Positions 13,599-24,436 of a stretch of DNA of 64,000 nt are shown here, piece after piece; positions within the stretch are counted from its first letter, which is position 1; each line of letters starts with the position of its first letter. The stretch is from contig CAXXVS010000003.1 in NCBI GenBank assembly GCA_963674755.2, positions 2,592,001-2,656,000 on the forward strand, given 5' to 3'. The notes beneath the pieces were generated by a model. That model did no database searches. It was given only the letters and a program-made list of their open reading frames with translations, and was not told the origin of the DNA. The DNA is from Desulfobacterales bacterium (GTDB taxonomy: Bacteria > Desulfobacterota > Desulfobacteria > Desulfobacterales > UBA5852). The position numbers and the translations under genes were made by a program.

Positions 13599-14359
13599 GG
13601 AAGATTGTCCTCGCTGTTCGGGGTTAGCCAGCGGCTGACCGTGGCGATATCTTCGGGGCGGTCGACCCCCAGGCTGCGGTGCCGGGTCAGCACGGTGCGG
13701 ATGGGGATACTGTTTTCCAGCAGGCGCAGCTGCTCCAGCTTCTCGGTTTGCTCCAAACGGCCGGGACCCAGGGCCACGAAGCGTTTGAGCGCGGTCATGC
13801 GGAAGGCATACAGACCGATATGGCGAAAATAGGCGGCCGGCCGGCCGTCCCGGGCATGGGGAATGGCCGCACGGGAAAAGTAGAGGGCGTCGCCATGACA
13901 GTCAACCACCACCTTGACCTGGTCGCGATCGCCGATCTCGCCCGGATCCATGGGGCTGATCAAGGTGGCCACCTGGACCCCGGGCTGGTTGAAGGGCTGG
14001 ACGAGCTCCGACAGCATGGCCGGGTGCAGGGCGGGCTCGTCGCCCTGGATGTTGATGACGACCGCCTCTTCGGGCAGCCCCAACAACTCGGCGGCTTCCA
14101 ACACGCGGTCGGTGCCGCTGGGGTGATCCGGGCGGGTCATTACATAGGGCACCTGTTGGGCCTCGGCCGCCGCGGCGATGCGCCGGCTGTCGGTGGCCAG
14201 CACCACCCGCTCCAGTTCGGGGCAGCGGCGCGCACGCTGGTAGACATGCCAGAACATGGGCTGGCCCACAATCAGCGCCAGGGGTTTGCCCGGGAAACGG
14301 GTGGAGCCATAGCGTGCCGGGATGATACCGAAGAATCGATTTTGATGGGGTTCCGTCAT
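13595..14359 (-). CDS. kdsB: 3-deoxy-manno-octulosonate cytidylyltransferase
   Basis: [46 protein letters not shown]. Confidence 0.96.
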   Translation of the reverse strand: MTEPHQNRFFGIIPARYGSTRFPGKPLALIVGQPMFWHVYQRARRCPELERVVLATDSRRIAAAAEAQQVPYVMTRPDHPSGTDRVLEAAELLGLPEEAVVINIQGDEPALHPAMLSELVQPFNQPGVQVATLISPMDPGEIGDRDQVKVVVDCHGDALYFSRAAIPHARDGRPAAYFRHIGLYAFRMTALKRFVALGPGRLEQTEKLEQLRLLENSIPIRTVLTRHRSLGVDRPEDIATVSRWLTPNSEDNLP

Positions 14360-14405
14360 CAGCGTTTGTCCGTGGTCCTGCGCCCGGCGGCGGGTTTCAG
14401 GAGAG

Positions 14406-15814
14406 CTATTCCTGGGATGCGATCCGGGGGCGAAAATATTCCGTCATGGCCATGCGGGCGTATTCGCCGGCCCGGCGCCCGATATATTTCTCATGGGCGA
14501 CCACAGCCGCTACCGCAATGGCGTCCTGTGAGCGGGGATAGCGGGCAAACCCAACGAACCAGTCATAGCGGACGTCGTGGTCGGCATTGTCGATGGAACC
14601 TGTTTTACCCCCTATTTCGAGTTGAGACAAGACGCGATCCTTGGTGCGGCTGCGAAACTGTTTGCGGGCCGTCCCCCGACGGACGGTTTCGCGCATGAGG
14701 CGCGCCATCTCTTTGGCGGTCGGGGAGGTCACGGCCCGATGGTCGGCAACATGGTCGGGCCGGTACAGGACCTGGCCGTCAGGGCCGGTGATGCGATCCA
14801 CGATGGTGGGTTCCACCAGCCGGCCGCCGTTTAGCGCCACGGCCGCCAGCAGGGCACCGTGCAGAGGGGAAATGACGGTTTGCCGGTTGAACCCGCTGGC
14901 AACCTCGGCCCACTGATAAGGATCATCGGTAAGGGGCGCTCGGCTGGGCGGCACAGGCAGTTCGAACGGGATGGGGTGATTGAACCCGAAAACCTCGGCA
15001 TAGTGCGCCAGGGTTTCCTGTTTCAAACAGAGGCTGCCGAGCTTGCCGAAGACCGGGTTCACCGACTGGGCAAAGGACGCGGCCAGGGTGGTCTGGTGGG
15101 TGTAGCGATTTTTAATATCCTTCAATTGTGATTTGTAGAGGGTGTGCTTGGCCCCGTTATAGGTCATGGGGGAGCCGCTGGAAAGGTGACAATGCTCAAT
15201 GGCCGCGCCCGCCGTGACGATTTTGAAGACACTGGCCGCCGGATAGCGGTTGCTCAGGCAGGGATTGCCCTCCGGATCGTTTTTGTCGAAGCCCACCATG
15301 GCCAGGACTCGTCCCTGGGCCTCCATGACGACGATGCCGATATAGCGCGACGTTCGTTCGTACAGACGTTTGGTCAGATAGGCTTGCAAGGGTTGGTCGA
15401 TGCTGGGTTCGATGACCAGCTTTTGCTCACCCCAGCGCACCTGGGTGCGTTCCTCCAAAAGGTCCGCAACGGGACGGCCCGCCAGAAGGTCCTGGACGTC
15501 GGATTTGGAAAGCAGGGGGCCGGCTGTGGGGCCCACGGCCGCCTGGGCCGGTCCGGGTGAAGGGACCGGAGGCGGGGAGGATGCCGGGCCATCCAGGAGG
15601 GACCATGCAGCAGGCCCACGGCGACCAGAATGGCAGCGCTTTTGAGCATGAGCGGCCGGCGGATCCGGACCCCGCTCCGGCGGCGTTTGAGCTGGACCTG
15701 GTAGTCGCGCCAGCTGGGGCGTCGTCCTGTTTCGGCGGCTGGTCTGTGCGGTCGACGGAAAATCACCGTTTTCGCTATTGGCCTATTCACCGGCGGCACG
15801 GACCGCGGGTTCAC
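14406..15814 (-). pseudogene. Penicillin-binding transpeptidase, frameshifted near 15608 (pseudogene or sequencing error)
   Basis: SxxK (ASVFK), SxN (SVN) and KTG lie in ORF 14406-15536. The basic N-terminus and TM anchor lie in another frame (15374-15814). One inserted base joins them as ...ILVAVGLL-AWSLLDGP... Confidence 0.72.
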
Positions 15815-15921
15815 CGACGGTCCCTGGTTGCCTCCGTTGGTATCAATGGGATGGTGGGGATGGTCCTACAGCCGCTGGGCTGCAATCACATCCGCCATTT
15901 CATTCTTTTACGCCCCGGCCT

Positions 15922-17844
15922 TCAGCTGATCCGCGTGCCTGGCCGGGATGTCTTGTCGAGGCCGGGCAGGGCGCATCGCTCGCCGTCCACGGCTGCCAGA
16001 AGCATGCCCTGGGATTCGATCCCCATCAGTTTGGCGGGTTTCAGGTTGGCCACAATGATGACCTGGCGGCCCACAAGATCTTCCGGCCGGTAGAAGCTGG
16101 CGATGCCGGCCACGATGGTGCGCCGTTCTCCCATGTCCACTTCGAGCTTGAGCAGCTTTTTGGCTTTGGGAATGGCTTCCGCTTTGATCACGGTGGCCAC
16201 CCGCAGATCGACATGGGCAAAGGCATCGATGTCGATGAGCGGCCGCAGCGGTGGTTCAAGCGTTGCGGCCGTGGTGCCGGCCGGGGACGCTTCGGTTCGC
16301 GGCTTCATCTCCACCCGGGGGAACAGACTCTTGGATTTACGCAGCTGGGCGCCGGGGGTCAGCGTTTTCCATTTGCCGATGCGTTCCAGAAGATAAAATT
16401 CGGCCTTCGGATCGAGCCCCAGGTGGTACTGCATATCCCGGGCGGTTTGCGGCATGACGGGATAGATCAAGCCGGCGATGACGCGCAGTCCCTCCAGGAG
16501 CTGATAGATGACGCATTCGAGCTCCTTGCGGGTCGAGGCGCGTTTGGCCAGCTCCCAGGGCGCCGAGACGTCGATACATTTGTTCAGGCGTCCGATGAAG
16601 GTCCACACGGCGATGAGCCCTTTATGGAATTCGAATCCGTCCATGGCCTGTTCGAAGTCGGTGATGGCCCGGGCGGCATCGGCTTCCAGATTCAGCTGCA
16701 AGGTCTTGTCGACAGCCGGATCGTTGGGCGGCACACGGCCTTCGAAGTATTTGTGGGCCATGGCCAGGATACGGCTGAAGAGGTTGCCCAGATCGTTGGC
16801 CAGATCGCTGTTGATGCGCTGGATGAGGGCTTCTTCGGAAAAGCTCGAATCCAGCCCGAAGACCATGTCCCGCATCAGAAAAAAGCGAAAGGCATCCAGC
16901 CCATAGGTCTCCTTCATGGCCAGGGGTTCCACCACATTGCCGATGGTTTTGGACATCTTGGCCTGATCGATATTCCAATAGCCATGCACATTGAGATGCC
17001 GGTAGACCGGAATCCCGGCGGCCTGGAGCATGGTCGGCCAATAGATCCCGTGGGGCTTGAGGATATCTTTGGCCACGACGTGCTGGGCGCAGGGCCAGAA
17101 TTTGGTGAAGCGCTCGCCATCCGGGTATCCCAGAGCCGAAACATAGTTCAGCAGGGCATCGAACCACACGTAAGTGACGTAGTCCGGATCGAAGGGCAGG
17201 GTGATGCCCCACTGCAGCCGGCTTTTGGGGCGCGAGATGCACAGATCCTCCAGCGGCTCCCGCAGGAAGGACAGGACTTCGTTGCGGTAGCGCTCCGGGC
17301 GGATGAAGCCCGGGTGCTGATGAATATGGTCGATGAGCCAATCCTGGTAGCGGCTCATCCGGAAAAAATAGTTCGATTCTTTTATGATTTCCGGCGCTTT
17401 GTCGTGATCCGGGCATTTGCCGTCCACCAGCTCCCGTTCCGTGTAGAACCGTTCGCAGCCGAAGCAGTAAAGCCCCTCGTATTCGCTGAAGTAGATATCG
17501 CCCTGGTCATAGATTTTCTGAAGGATCTGTTCCACCACCGCCATGTGGGCGGGGTTGGTGGTGCGGATGAACTGGTCGTTGCTGATAGCGAGCGTGGGCC
17601 ACAATTCCCGGAAGAGGCTGCTGATATGGTCCACATAGGCCTTGGGGGTCATATCGTTGTCTTTGGCCGCCTGGACGATTTTGTCACCGTGTTCGTCCGT
17701 GCCCGTTAAAAAATAGGTTTCATCCCCGCGCATGGCGTGGAAGCGGCGGGCCACATCCGCCACGATGGTCGTGTAGGCATGTCCCAGATGCGGTTTGGCG
17801 TTGACGTAATAAATGGGCGTCGTGATGTAGAATCGTTCAGCCAT
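15922..17844 (-). CDS. metG: Methionine--tRNA ligase
   Basis: YYVNAKPHLGH, GTDEHG, Zn knuckle CFGC...CPDH, KMSKT, C-terminal tRNA-binding OB domain. Confidence 0.98.
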   Translation of the reverse strand: MAERFYITTPIYYVNAKPHLGHAYTTIVADVARRFHAMRGDETYFLTGTDEHGDKIVQAAKDNDMTPKAYVDHISSLFRELWPTLAISNDQFIRTTNPAHMAVVEQILQKIYDQGDIYFSEYEGLYCFGCERFYTERELVDGKCPDHDKAPEIIKESNYFFRMSRYQDWLIDHIHQHPGFIRPERYRNEVLSFLREPLEDLCISRPKSRLQWGITLPFDPDYVTYVWFDALLNYVSALGYPDGERFTKFWPCAQHVVAKDILKPHGIYWPTMLQAAGIPVYRHLNVHGYWNIDQAKMSKTIGNVVEPLAMKETYGLDAFRFFLMRDMVFGLDSSFSEEALIQRINSDLANDLGNLFSRILAMAHKYFEGRVPPNDPAVDKTLQLNLEADAARAITDFEQAMDGFEFHKGLIAVWTFIGRLNKCIDVSAPWELAKRASTRKELECVIYQLLEGLRVIAGLIYPVMPQTARDMQYHLGLDPKAEFYLLERIGKWKTLTPGAQLRKSKSLFPRVEMKPRTEASPAGTTAATLEPPLRPLIDIDAFAHVDLRVATVIKAEAIPKAKKLLKLEVDMGERRTIVAGIASFYRPEDLVGRQVIIVANLKPAKLMGIESQGMLLAAVDGERCALPGLDKTSRPGTRIS

Positions 17845-18658
17845 TGGATTTCTTTATCTCCTTGACGATGTCTTCAGGACCGAGCTCCACTTCCTGGCCG
17901 CCGTCGACCAGCCGGATGACGAAATGGTTGGCGTTCAGATTGTGACGAATCACTTTGCCCTGTCCCTGGGTAGTCTGAACCTTTTTACCGATTTTAGGCA
18001 GATTCGCCTTGAGTTCCTTATACGTCTCGTATTCATAGGTCAGGCAGCACATCAGGCGGCCGCACTGCCCGGAAATTTTGGTTGGATTGAGCGACAGGCC
18101 CTGCTCCTTGGCCATGCGGATCGAGACCGGGGAGAATTTTTCGATAAACTGGGCGCAACATATCTCACGGCCGCAACGTCCGATGCCGCCGCACATCTTG
18201 GCCTGGTTGCGTATGCCCACCTGGCGCATTTCGATCTTGGCGCCGAGCTTCTTCACCAACATCTTCACCAGCTGGCGGAAGTCAACCCGGCCGTCGGCCG
18301 TGAAAAAGAAGGTCAGCTTGCTGGCGTCGAAGGTGCTCTCCACCGAGAACAGATTCATCTTGAGCCTCAATTGGGCGATGCACTCCAGACAATAGCTGTG
18401 AGCCATCTGCTCGGTCTGGCAGTTTTTCCCCAGCTGGGCGAAATCCTTTTCGCTGGCCATGCGGTATACTTTTTTGAGCGCCTTGTGGGCGAGCGCATTT
18501 TCGCGGATCGCCGGGGGGACGGCCACCGTGCCGAATCCCAGGCCCTGCTCGGTTTCGACGATGACGTGGTCGCCGAGCTCGAGCACATAGGCCCCGCAGT
18601 CAAAGTCATATACTTTCCCCGCCGGTTTGAACCGGATACCGACAATTTTTTTCATCAT
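17837..18658 (-). CDS. ricT: PSP1/YaaT (RicT) family protein
   Basis: FTADGRVDFRQLVK, IEMRQVG, GGIGRCGREICC, KISGQCGRLMCCL; lies between holB and metG. Confidence 0.9.
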   Translation of the reverse strand: MMKKIVGIRFKPAGKVYDFDCGAYVLELGDHVIVETEQGLGFGTVAVPPAIRENALAHKALKKVYRMASEKDFAQLGKNCQTEQMAHSYCLECIAQLRLKMNLFSVESTFDASKLTFFFTADGRVDFRQLVKMLVKKLGAKIEMRQVGIRNQAKMCGGIGRCGREICCAQFIEKFSPVSIRMAKEQGLSLNPTKISGQCGRLMCCLTYEYETYKELKANLPKIGKKVQTTQGQGKVIRHNLNANHFVIRLVDGGQEVELGPEDIVKEIKKSNG

Positions 18659-18670
18659 GTCAACCTATCG

Positions 18671-19687
18671 TTAAGCGGCTGCCAATTGCAGCACGAGCGT
18701 TTCCATGGTCAGGCGCGGATTGGCGTTATCCTGAAGCGCCTTAAGCGCGGTCTGGACCGCTTTCATACAATCGATCGATGCCAGGGGAGCCTGTCGGGCG
18801 GCGGCGACCTGGATCTGGCGGTCCAAGTCGCGATTGACAATCCGCTCCGGCTGAAACGGGAAGACGATCAGATCCCGGTACCAGCTCAGCAGCCAGGCCA
18901 GGACATCGGGCAATTGGGTCTTGCCGGATGCCAGATTCTCGGCCAGGGCCAGGTGCAGGGTCGTTGTTTGGTCCCTAAGCCGGCCCAATTCGCCGGCCAG
19001 CCACCGGCGCCGCGGGATCCAGTCTTGGCCGGCCATTTTGAGGGCCCGCGTGTAACTCCCCCCGGAGAGGGCCGCCGCAGCCTCCGCCTCTTGGGGCGCC
19101 AGCTGCCCCTCGGTGGTCAACAGCGCCGTCAAGTCTTCGCGTTGCAGCGGTGCGAAGCGGATCTGCTGGCAGCGCGAGGCAATGGTGGGCAAAAGATCGG
19201 CCAGCTGGCGGGCGGTCAAAATCAGCAGGGTATTCGGGGGGGGCTCCTCCAAGAGCTTCAGCAGGGCATTGCCTGCCTCCGGATTCATGGTGTGCGCCTC
19301 GGCCAGGATGACGACACGCCGGCCCTGCTCGTAAGGCTTGACGGCCAGGCGCTGGATGAGGTCGCGAACAACCGCAATGCGGATCATGTCGCCGGATGGC
19401 CGCAGGTGCAGGATGTCGGGGTGTTGATCGGCCTGAATGCGGCGGCAGGACCGGCATTGCCCGCAGGCGTTGATCCGCACCGGCGATGCCGCCCCCGCCA
19501 GGCGTTCCGGATAGGGTTGCGGGTCCGTACAATTGCAGGCCATCGCCAAGGCCCGCGCCGCGGTTTGTTTACCGATGCCGTCGATGCCGGTAAAGACCAG
19601 GGCGTGGGGTATCTGGCCCTTCCGGAGGAGGGTGGTCAACAAGCCCATCGCGTGATGCTGGCCGCGTATCAGATCAAATCCAGCCAC
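18671..19687 (-). CDS. holB: DNA polymerase III subunit delta'
   Basis: HALVFTGIDGIGK, CGQCRSC, HPD, NALLKLLEEPP, LLPTIASRC. Confidence 0.95.
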   Translation of the reverse strand: MAGFDLIRGQHHAMGLLTTLLRKGQIPHALVFTGIDGIGKQTAARALAMACNCTDPQPYPERLAGAASPVRINACGQCRSCRRIQADQHPDILHLRPSGDMIRIAVVRDLIQRLAVKPYEQGRRVVILAEAHTMNPEAGNALLKLLEEPPPNTLLILTARQLADLLPTIASRCQQIRFAPLQREDLTALLTTEGQLAPQEAEAAAALSGGSYTRALKMAGQDWIPRRRWLAGELGRLRDQTTTLHLALAENLASGKTQLPDVLAWLLSWYRDLIVFPFQPERIVNRDLDRQIQVAAARQAPLASIDCMKAVQTALKALQDNANPRLTMETLVLQLAAA

Positions 19688-19708
19688 AGATCTGCGCTTC
19701 GTCCGGCA

Positions 19709-19996
19709 TCAATTGTCGAGGGCCTGGTCGACCCGTTCGCGCAATTCCTTGCCGGATTTGAAGAACGGGAGTCGTTTAGGCTTGATCTGAACCCGATCGC
19801 CGGTTTTGGGATTGCGGCCGGTGTAGCTCTTGTATTCCTTGATAAAGAAGCTGCATAGCCCCCTGATTTCAACGCGTTCCCCCCGGGCCATGGCTTCCGA
19901 CATATTATCGAAAAAGATCTGAACGATTTTGGCGGCTTCGGCTTTGGACATATTGGCTTCGGCCTTAAGGGCCGAGATGAGTTCCAGCTTATTCAT
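19709..19996 (-). CDS. Integration host factor beta / HU-family DNA-binding protein
   Basis: MNKLELI, RVEIRGLCSF, GRNPKTG, PFFKSGKELRERV; AAGGAGG RBS. Confidence 0.93.
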   Translation of the reverse strand: MNKLELISALKAEANMSKAEAAKIVQIFFDNMSEAMARGERVEIRGLCSFFIKEYKSYTGRNPKTGDRVQIKPKRLPFFKSGKELRERVDQALDN

Positions 19997-20261
19997 ACTA
20001 CCTCCTTGGCTTGGGTAGCGGGCAAGATCACACTATAATTCTGTTATAATTAAATAAATGTCAATAAAAAGTCAAGGGGTTATGATGCTTCGGCCAGTCC
20101 TTGCGGCATCCCGTCTAAGCGCGTGGGGGGAGGCAACGGATGGCCGACGGCGGTTTTCCGTTCGTGGTGGTACTGAGGAAGAACCTCCCCCAGACGGCCG
20201 CTGGTGTGGCAGCGGCTTTGCCTCCGCCCATGAAACGTCCGGGATCTATCGATCCGGGACG

Positions 20262-20813
20262 TCAGCGGTCGGGCACAAAAACATGCCCGTCCGCCCCGGC
20301 GGGGAGGATTTCCACGTCATCCCGGTTCACTTCGACACTGGCAAACTGCCCGAGCGCTTCGATGTGGACCACCACGCGGTCAATGCCGCGATAACGATCA
20401 AAGGTGCCCACAATGCCGGTGAAGGGCCCATTGATCACCATGACCCGGTCCCCCTTGCGAAAACGGAAGCCGGTCTGGATCTCGCTGCTCTGGGAAACCA
20501 TGATCCGCAGGGATTCGATGGTTTCGTCCGGAACCGCAACGGGCACCTGCTGGTTGCCGATCAGCCTTACGGCCCCCACGGTTTTAACGATGTCGATATG
20601 GTGGTGGGGGTGCAGATTCGATTTGACGAAGACATAGCCCGGAAACAGGGGGATATCGATCATGACCTTGCGGTCCCGCCGTTTGCTGCGCACCCGCACC
20701 TTGGGCAGGAACGCTTCGTGGGCTTTTTTGCAAAGACCGTCATGGACGACGGTTTCAAACCGGCTGCGGGTATGGAGGACATACCAGTGCCAGGTCAGGG
20801 TCTCGGTTTTCAT
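20262..20813 (-). CDS. NusG paralogue, UpxY/RfaH-type transcription antiterminator
   Basis: WYVLHTRSRFE, PLFPGYVFV, KOW motif GDRVMVINGPFTGIVG. Confidence 0.88.
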   Translation of the reverse strand: MKTETLTWHWYVLHTRSRFETVVHDGLCKKAHEAFLPKVRVRSKRRDRKVMIDIPLFPGYVFVKSNLHPHHHIDIVKTVGAVRLIGNQQVPVAVPDETIESLRIMVSQSSEIQTGFRFRKGDRVMVINGPFTGIVGTFDRYRGIDRVVVHIEALGQFASVEVNRDDVEILPAGADGHVFVPDR

Positions 20814-20884
20814 AAATCCTGTAAGACTCCCGGATCGGGCCGTTACCCGCGGCTATACCCCCTGAGCCTGCCTGGGGGCGGCCG

Positions 20885-23311
20885 CTATTGAAGGCCGATG
20901 GGACCCAATCCGTAAAAGTTGAACATAAACGAAATGGCTTGGTCGTTATCCGCATCCGAATACTGGACATCCAAGGACCAGCATTGGGCTGCGTAGAGCA
21001 GCCCCAGTGTGGTTTCGATCCGGGTGTTGCTCACAAAATCGTATTCGTTGCTGGCGTGGACCGTGAACCGGTAGGGCAGCTTGAGACGGATGCGGCCGTA
21101 TAGCGATTCCACCCGTTTTTCGGAAGTGGCCGCGTCTTTGCGGTAGAACCGATAGAGCCCCTTGTCGTAGCGGTATCGCAAGTACAATTCATCACCGCGC
21201 GGAGAATCGAGGGTGGCCCTGAGATTCCGGGATACCAGCCGGTTGTCGTAGACATCAAACTCGGCATCGGCGTGCAATTTCAGATAGCGGGTCGGGAAAT
21301 ATTCCAGTTCGCCGCGAATCGGCGAGAAGGGACGTTTGCGCGCGGGATCGGAGCGTTCGCTGCCCCGGGCCTCCCGGATGTTATAGCGCTGTTCCAGTTT
21401 GACGCGCAGGAAATCATTGTAGCGGGGTTTCCCGTCCGTTTCCGTTGCGGTTTCATCCCCTTGCGGGAGGGGAATGGATTTGGAGGTGAAACTGTTGGTG
21501 ATGGAGTAGGTGATCATGTTCAACGGATCGACCCGGTTGATCCCGTCGTCCAGGGGCGTCGGTACATCGATGTAGTCCCCGATTTCATCCTGGTCGATGA
21601 TTTGCTGGTAAAAGGCCGGATACTTGTCCTGGTCCTTTTCGGGGATATACTCATAGACGACCCGCGGCAGCACCGTGTGCCGGAGGGCCTGCCACTCGCC
21701 GCCATCGATCGTGTAAACTTTGGAAAGTTCGGAGGATACGTCAAGCCTTAGGTCGTACAAGGTGCGGTAGGTATCCTTGTCCTTGGCTTCTTCGGAGGGG
21801 ATGTCCTGGAATTGGTTGACGAACCAGGCGGTTTGCTGCAGTCCGGCCGACGGTTCGATATAGAGGGCCTGCCCCAGACGGAAGGGCCAGGTGACCCGGG
21901 GGTGGAGGTTGACGCGGGCCGCCTGGGTGTTGTCCGTGCTGTAAAAATAGGTCCATTCGGTATCCATATTGAACAGCAGCGGGGTGTCCCCCAGGGGCTG
22001 GCGTATGGCGTCGAAGCGGATCAGCGGCAGGCGCTGAAGCTGTGTGTCCAACTTGGGGCCGGCGACATCGGCGGCCACTTCTTGGGTCCAGCGCCGGGTC
22101 GTGTCGTCCATCCAGATGATTCCACCGTTCAGGCTGAAGCGGTCCCACTCCCGGGTGATGACGGCCTGGTTCGTGCGGATGGGGTCGTCATAGTCATCCA
22201 GGTCGCGTCCGTAGATGCTGCGAAAATACTCCCGGGTCTGGTAGTAGCCGCCATAGCGGCTGCGGAATTCGGTGAGATAATCCTGGTCGCTGACGATATC
22301 CAGATCGACACGTCCCTTAAATCCGTAAGGCAGCCCCTGGTCGTGCTTCATGCGGAACCAGTAGCGGTCCTCGTTGGGCCGCAGGTAGTCGTCGCCTTTA
22401 TACCCCCAGTCGGTGCTGCTGTCGTCCAAACCATTGTCCACTTGGCGGTCCCGCAGATAGTCGCCCATGATCGTGCCCCTTGTCAGGGGATCGATGACGT
22501 AGCGGTATTCCAGATTGTTTTTGAGTCCGCGCTCGCTCAAATACTGAGGGGCGTAGGTCAGGTCCGACTGTTCGTCGATGGCCCAGAAGAAGGGCTGGGT
22601 ATAAAAGATGCCCAGGCGGTCGGATGTGCCCCATTCCGGCGGCAGGAGCCCGGTTTGCCGCTGCCGTTTGGCGGGGAACACGAAGATGGGGGTGTAGAGC
22701 AGCGGCACGTCGCGGGCCCACAGGGCGGCATCTCGAACGACGCCGTAGCCCTCCAGGGTGACATTCAGCTTGCGGCCGGTGATTTTCCAGGCCGGGGTCC
22801 GACCGTCGCAGCTGGAAACGCTGGCCCGCTCGGCGGCATAGGTGCTTTCCCCCAGTTTTTCGATTTTTTCACCGCGGATGTAGAAATGATTTTCCTCCAG
22901 GAAAATGGTGCCGTTGGTGACCGATCCGACTTGATTTTGGAGGTTGATTTCGAGGGTGTCGCCGATCAGGACATCCTTGCCGCTGACCAGCACCACATGG
23001 CCGCTGGCAGCGGCATCCATGGTGCGGTTGTCGAAACGCACACGGTCGGCGGTCAGCCGCACGCCCCCCCGACTGATGCGCACATTGCCTTCGGCCACAT
23101 AGCGGCGGGTGGCATTGTCATAGCTGATGGTATCGGCGGTGATGTGCCAGGGCTCGTCCGGATTGTCTTCAAGGCGCTGGCCCAGGTCGGCGCTCCGTGC
23201 CGGGGGCACCCCGCCGGCGACCATCAGCACAACCAGCAGGCTCCACACGATGCGGGCTGCGGTGCGTTTCGGGAATTGCTGATCGTGTCTGGGGCCAACC
23301 GCCGTTTGCAT
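20885..23311 (-). CDS. lptD: LPS-assembly outer-membrane protein LptD
   Basis: Signal peptide, OstA-like N-domain (ITADTISYD, AEGNVRI), RQTGLLPP, beta-rich barrel, QCW near the C-terminus. Start 23311 is approximate. Confidence 0.9.
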   Translation of the reverse strand: MQTAVGPRHDQQFPKRTAARIVWSLLVVLMVAGGVPPARSADLGQRLEDNPDEPWHITADTISYDNATRRYVAEGNVRISRGGVRLTADRVRFDNRTMDAAASGHVVLVSGKDVLIGDTLEINLQNQVGSVTNGTIFLEENHFYIRGEKIEKLGESTYAAERASVSSCDGRTPAWKITGRKLNVTLEGYGVVRDAALWARDVPLLYTPIFVFPAKRQRQTGLLPPEWGTSDRLGIFYTQPFFWAIDEQSDLTYAPQYLSERGLKNNLEYRYVIDPLTRGTIMGDYLRDRQVDNGLDDSSTDWGYKGDDYLRPNEDRYWFRMKHDQGLPYGFKGRVDLDIVSDQDYLTEFRSRYGGYYQTREYFRSIYGRDLDDYDDPIRTNQAVITREWDRFSLNGGIIWMDDTTRRWTQEVAADVAGPKLDTQLQRLPLIRFDAIRQPLGDTPLLFNMDTEWTYFYSTDNTQAARVNLHPRVTWPFRLGQALYIEPSAGLQQTAWFVNQFQDIPSEEAKDKDTYRTLYDLRLDVSSELSKVYTIDGGEWQALRHTVLPRVVYEYIPEKDQDKYPAFYQQIIDQDEIGDYIDVPTPLDDGINRVDPLNMITYSITNSFTSKSIPLPQGDETATETDGKPRYNDFLRVKLEQRYNIREARGSERSDPARKRPFSPIRGELEYFPTRYLKLHADAEFDVYDNRLVSRNLRATLDSPRGDELYLRYRYDKGLYRFYRKDAATSEKRVESLYGRIRLKLPYRFTVHASNEYDFVSNTRIETTLGLLYAAQCWSLDVQYSDADNDQAISFMFNFYGLGPIGLQ

Positions 23312-23587
23312 CAAGGCGCCTATCGTGGAATATGGGGCTCCGCCATTGGCCGATGGTGGTGGCGGACTGGTATTGCCGGGGCAAGCATTGCGATTACCGC
23401 CGGTCGGCCGAAGCTGTCGCAAACGGAGTCTTTAAACAGAAGGCCGGGCGAAAAGTCAACTCCCGTTTTGCCGCGGAGGCCGATCACGGGGGGCTGCCTC
23501 CGGTCCGCCGGCCTTACGCCTTGCGCCCCGCAGGCTTTTTCGATATAGGTGGAAACCACTTCTGATCCCGAGGCCTACGAGACCGAA

Positions 23588-24373
23588 ATGAATATTCTTC
23601 TGACCAATGACGACGGCATTTTCGCACCGGGGCTGCAGGCCTTGCACAAACGCTTCGCCGCGCGGCATGCGGTGGTCGTGGTGGCCCCGGACCAGGAGCG
23701 CAGTGCCGTGGGGCACGGCATCACGCTGCACCATCCCCTGCGGGCGTCGCAGGTGGCCCTCAACGCCCACTACCGGGGCTATGCCGTCAACGGGACGCCG
23801 GCCGATTGCGTCAAACTGGGGGTTTTCGAGCTGTTGCCCTCCCGTCCGGATCTCGTCGTGGCGGGCATCAACCCCGGCGCCAATGTGGGGGTCAACGTCA
23901 ACTATTCCGGTACCGTGGCCGCCGCCAAGGAGGCGGCTCTCTATGGACTGCCGGCCATTGCCGTATCGGTCCAGGGGCGTGAGGTCGTCAACTATGACGA
24001 TGTGGCCGCCTTTACGGAAGCGCTGGCCGAGGCTGTTCTCCAAGAAGGGCTGCCAGGAGGCACCTTCCTGAATGTCAATGTCCCCAACATCCCCTTTAAG
24101 GCGATTTCCGGCACCATGCCCAGCCGCCAGGGAATCGGGCGCCCGGCCGATCATTTTGAAAAGCGCACCGATCCCCGCAATCAGGCCTATTACTGGTCGG
24201 GCATTGATTCCCAGGTTTTCGACGGTGCACCGGATGTGGACGGAACTGCCCTGGCAGGCAATCACATCTCCATCACCCCGATCAAGTGCGATATGACCGA
24301 CTATGAGGTGCTCGAAAACCTGCGCCGCTGGCGCTGGATGCCCAAGGAGATCGACCGTCCCGAAACACAATGA
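23588..24373 (+). CDS. surE: 5'/3'-nucleotidase SurE
   Basis: ILLTNDDG, GTPADCV, GINPGAN, YSGTVAAA. Confidence 0.97.
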   Translation: MNILLTNDDGIFAPGLQALHKRFAARHAVVVVAPDQERSAVGHGITLHHPLRASQVALNAHYRGYAVNGTPADCVKLGVFELLPSRPDLVVAGINPGANVGVNVNYSGTVAAAKEAALYGLPAIAVSVQGREVVNYDDVAAFTEALAEAVLQEGLPGGTFLNVNVPNIPFKAISGTMPSRQGIGRPADHFEKRTDPRNQAYYWSGIDSQVFDGAPDVDGTALAGNHISITPIKCDMTDYEVLENLRRWRWMPKEIDRPETQ

Positions 24374-24436
24374 CACCGGTGCCCGCTGCATGCCGCCGGC
24401 GGGTAAACATCCTTAATATAGAAAGCGTTACCCTTC

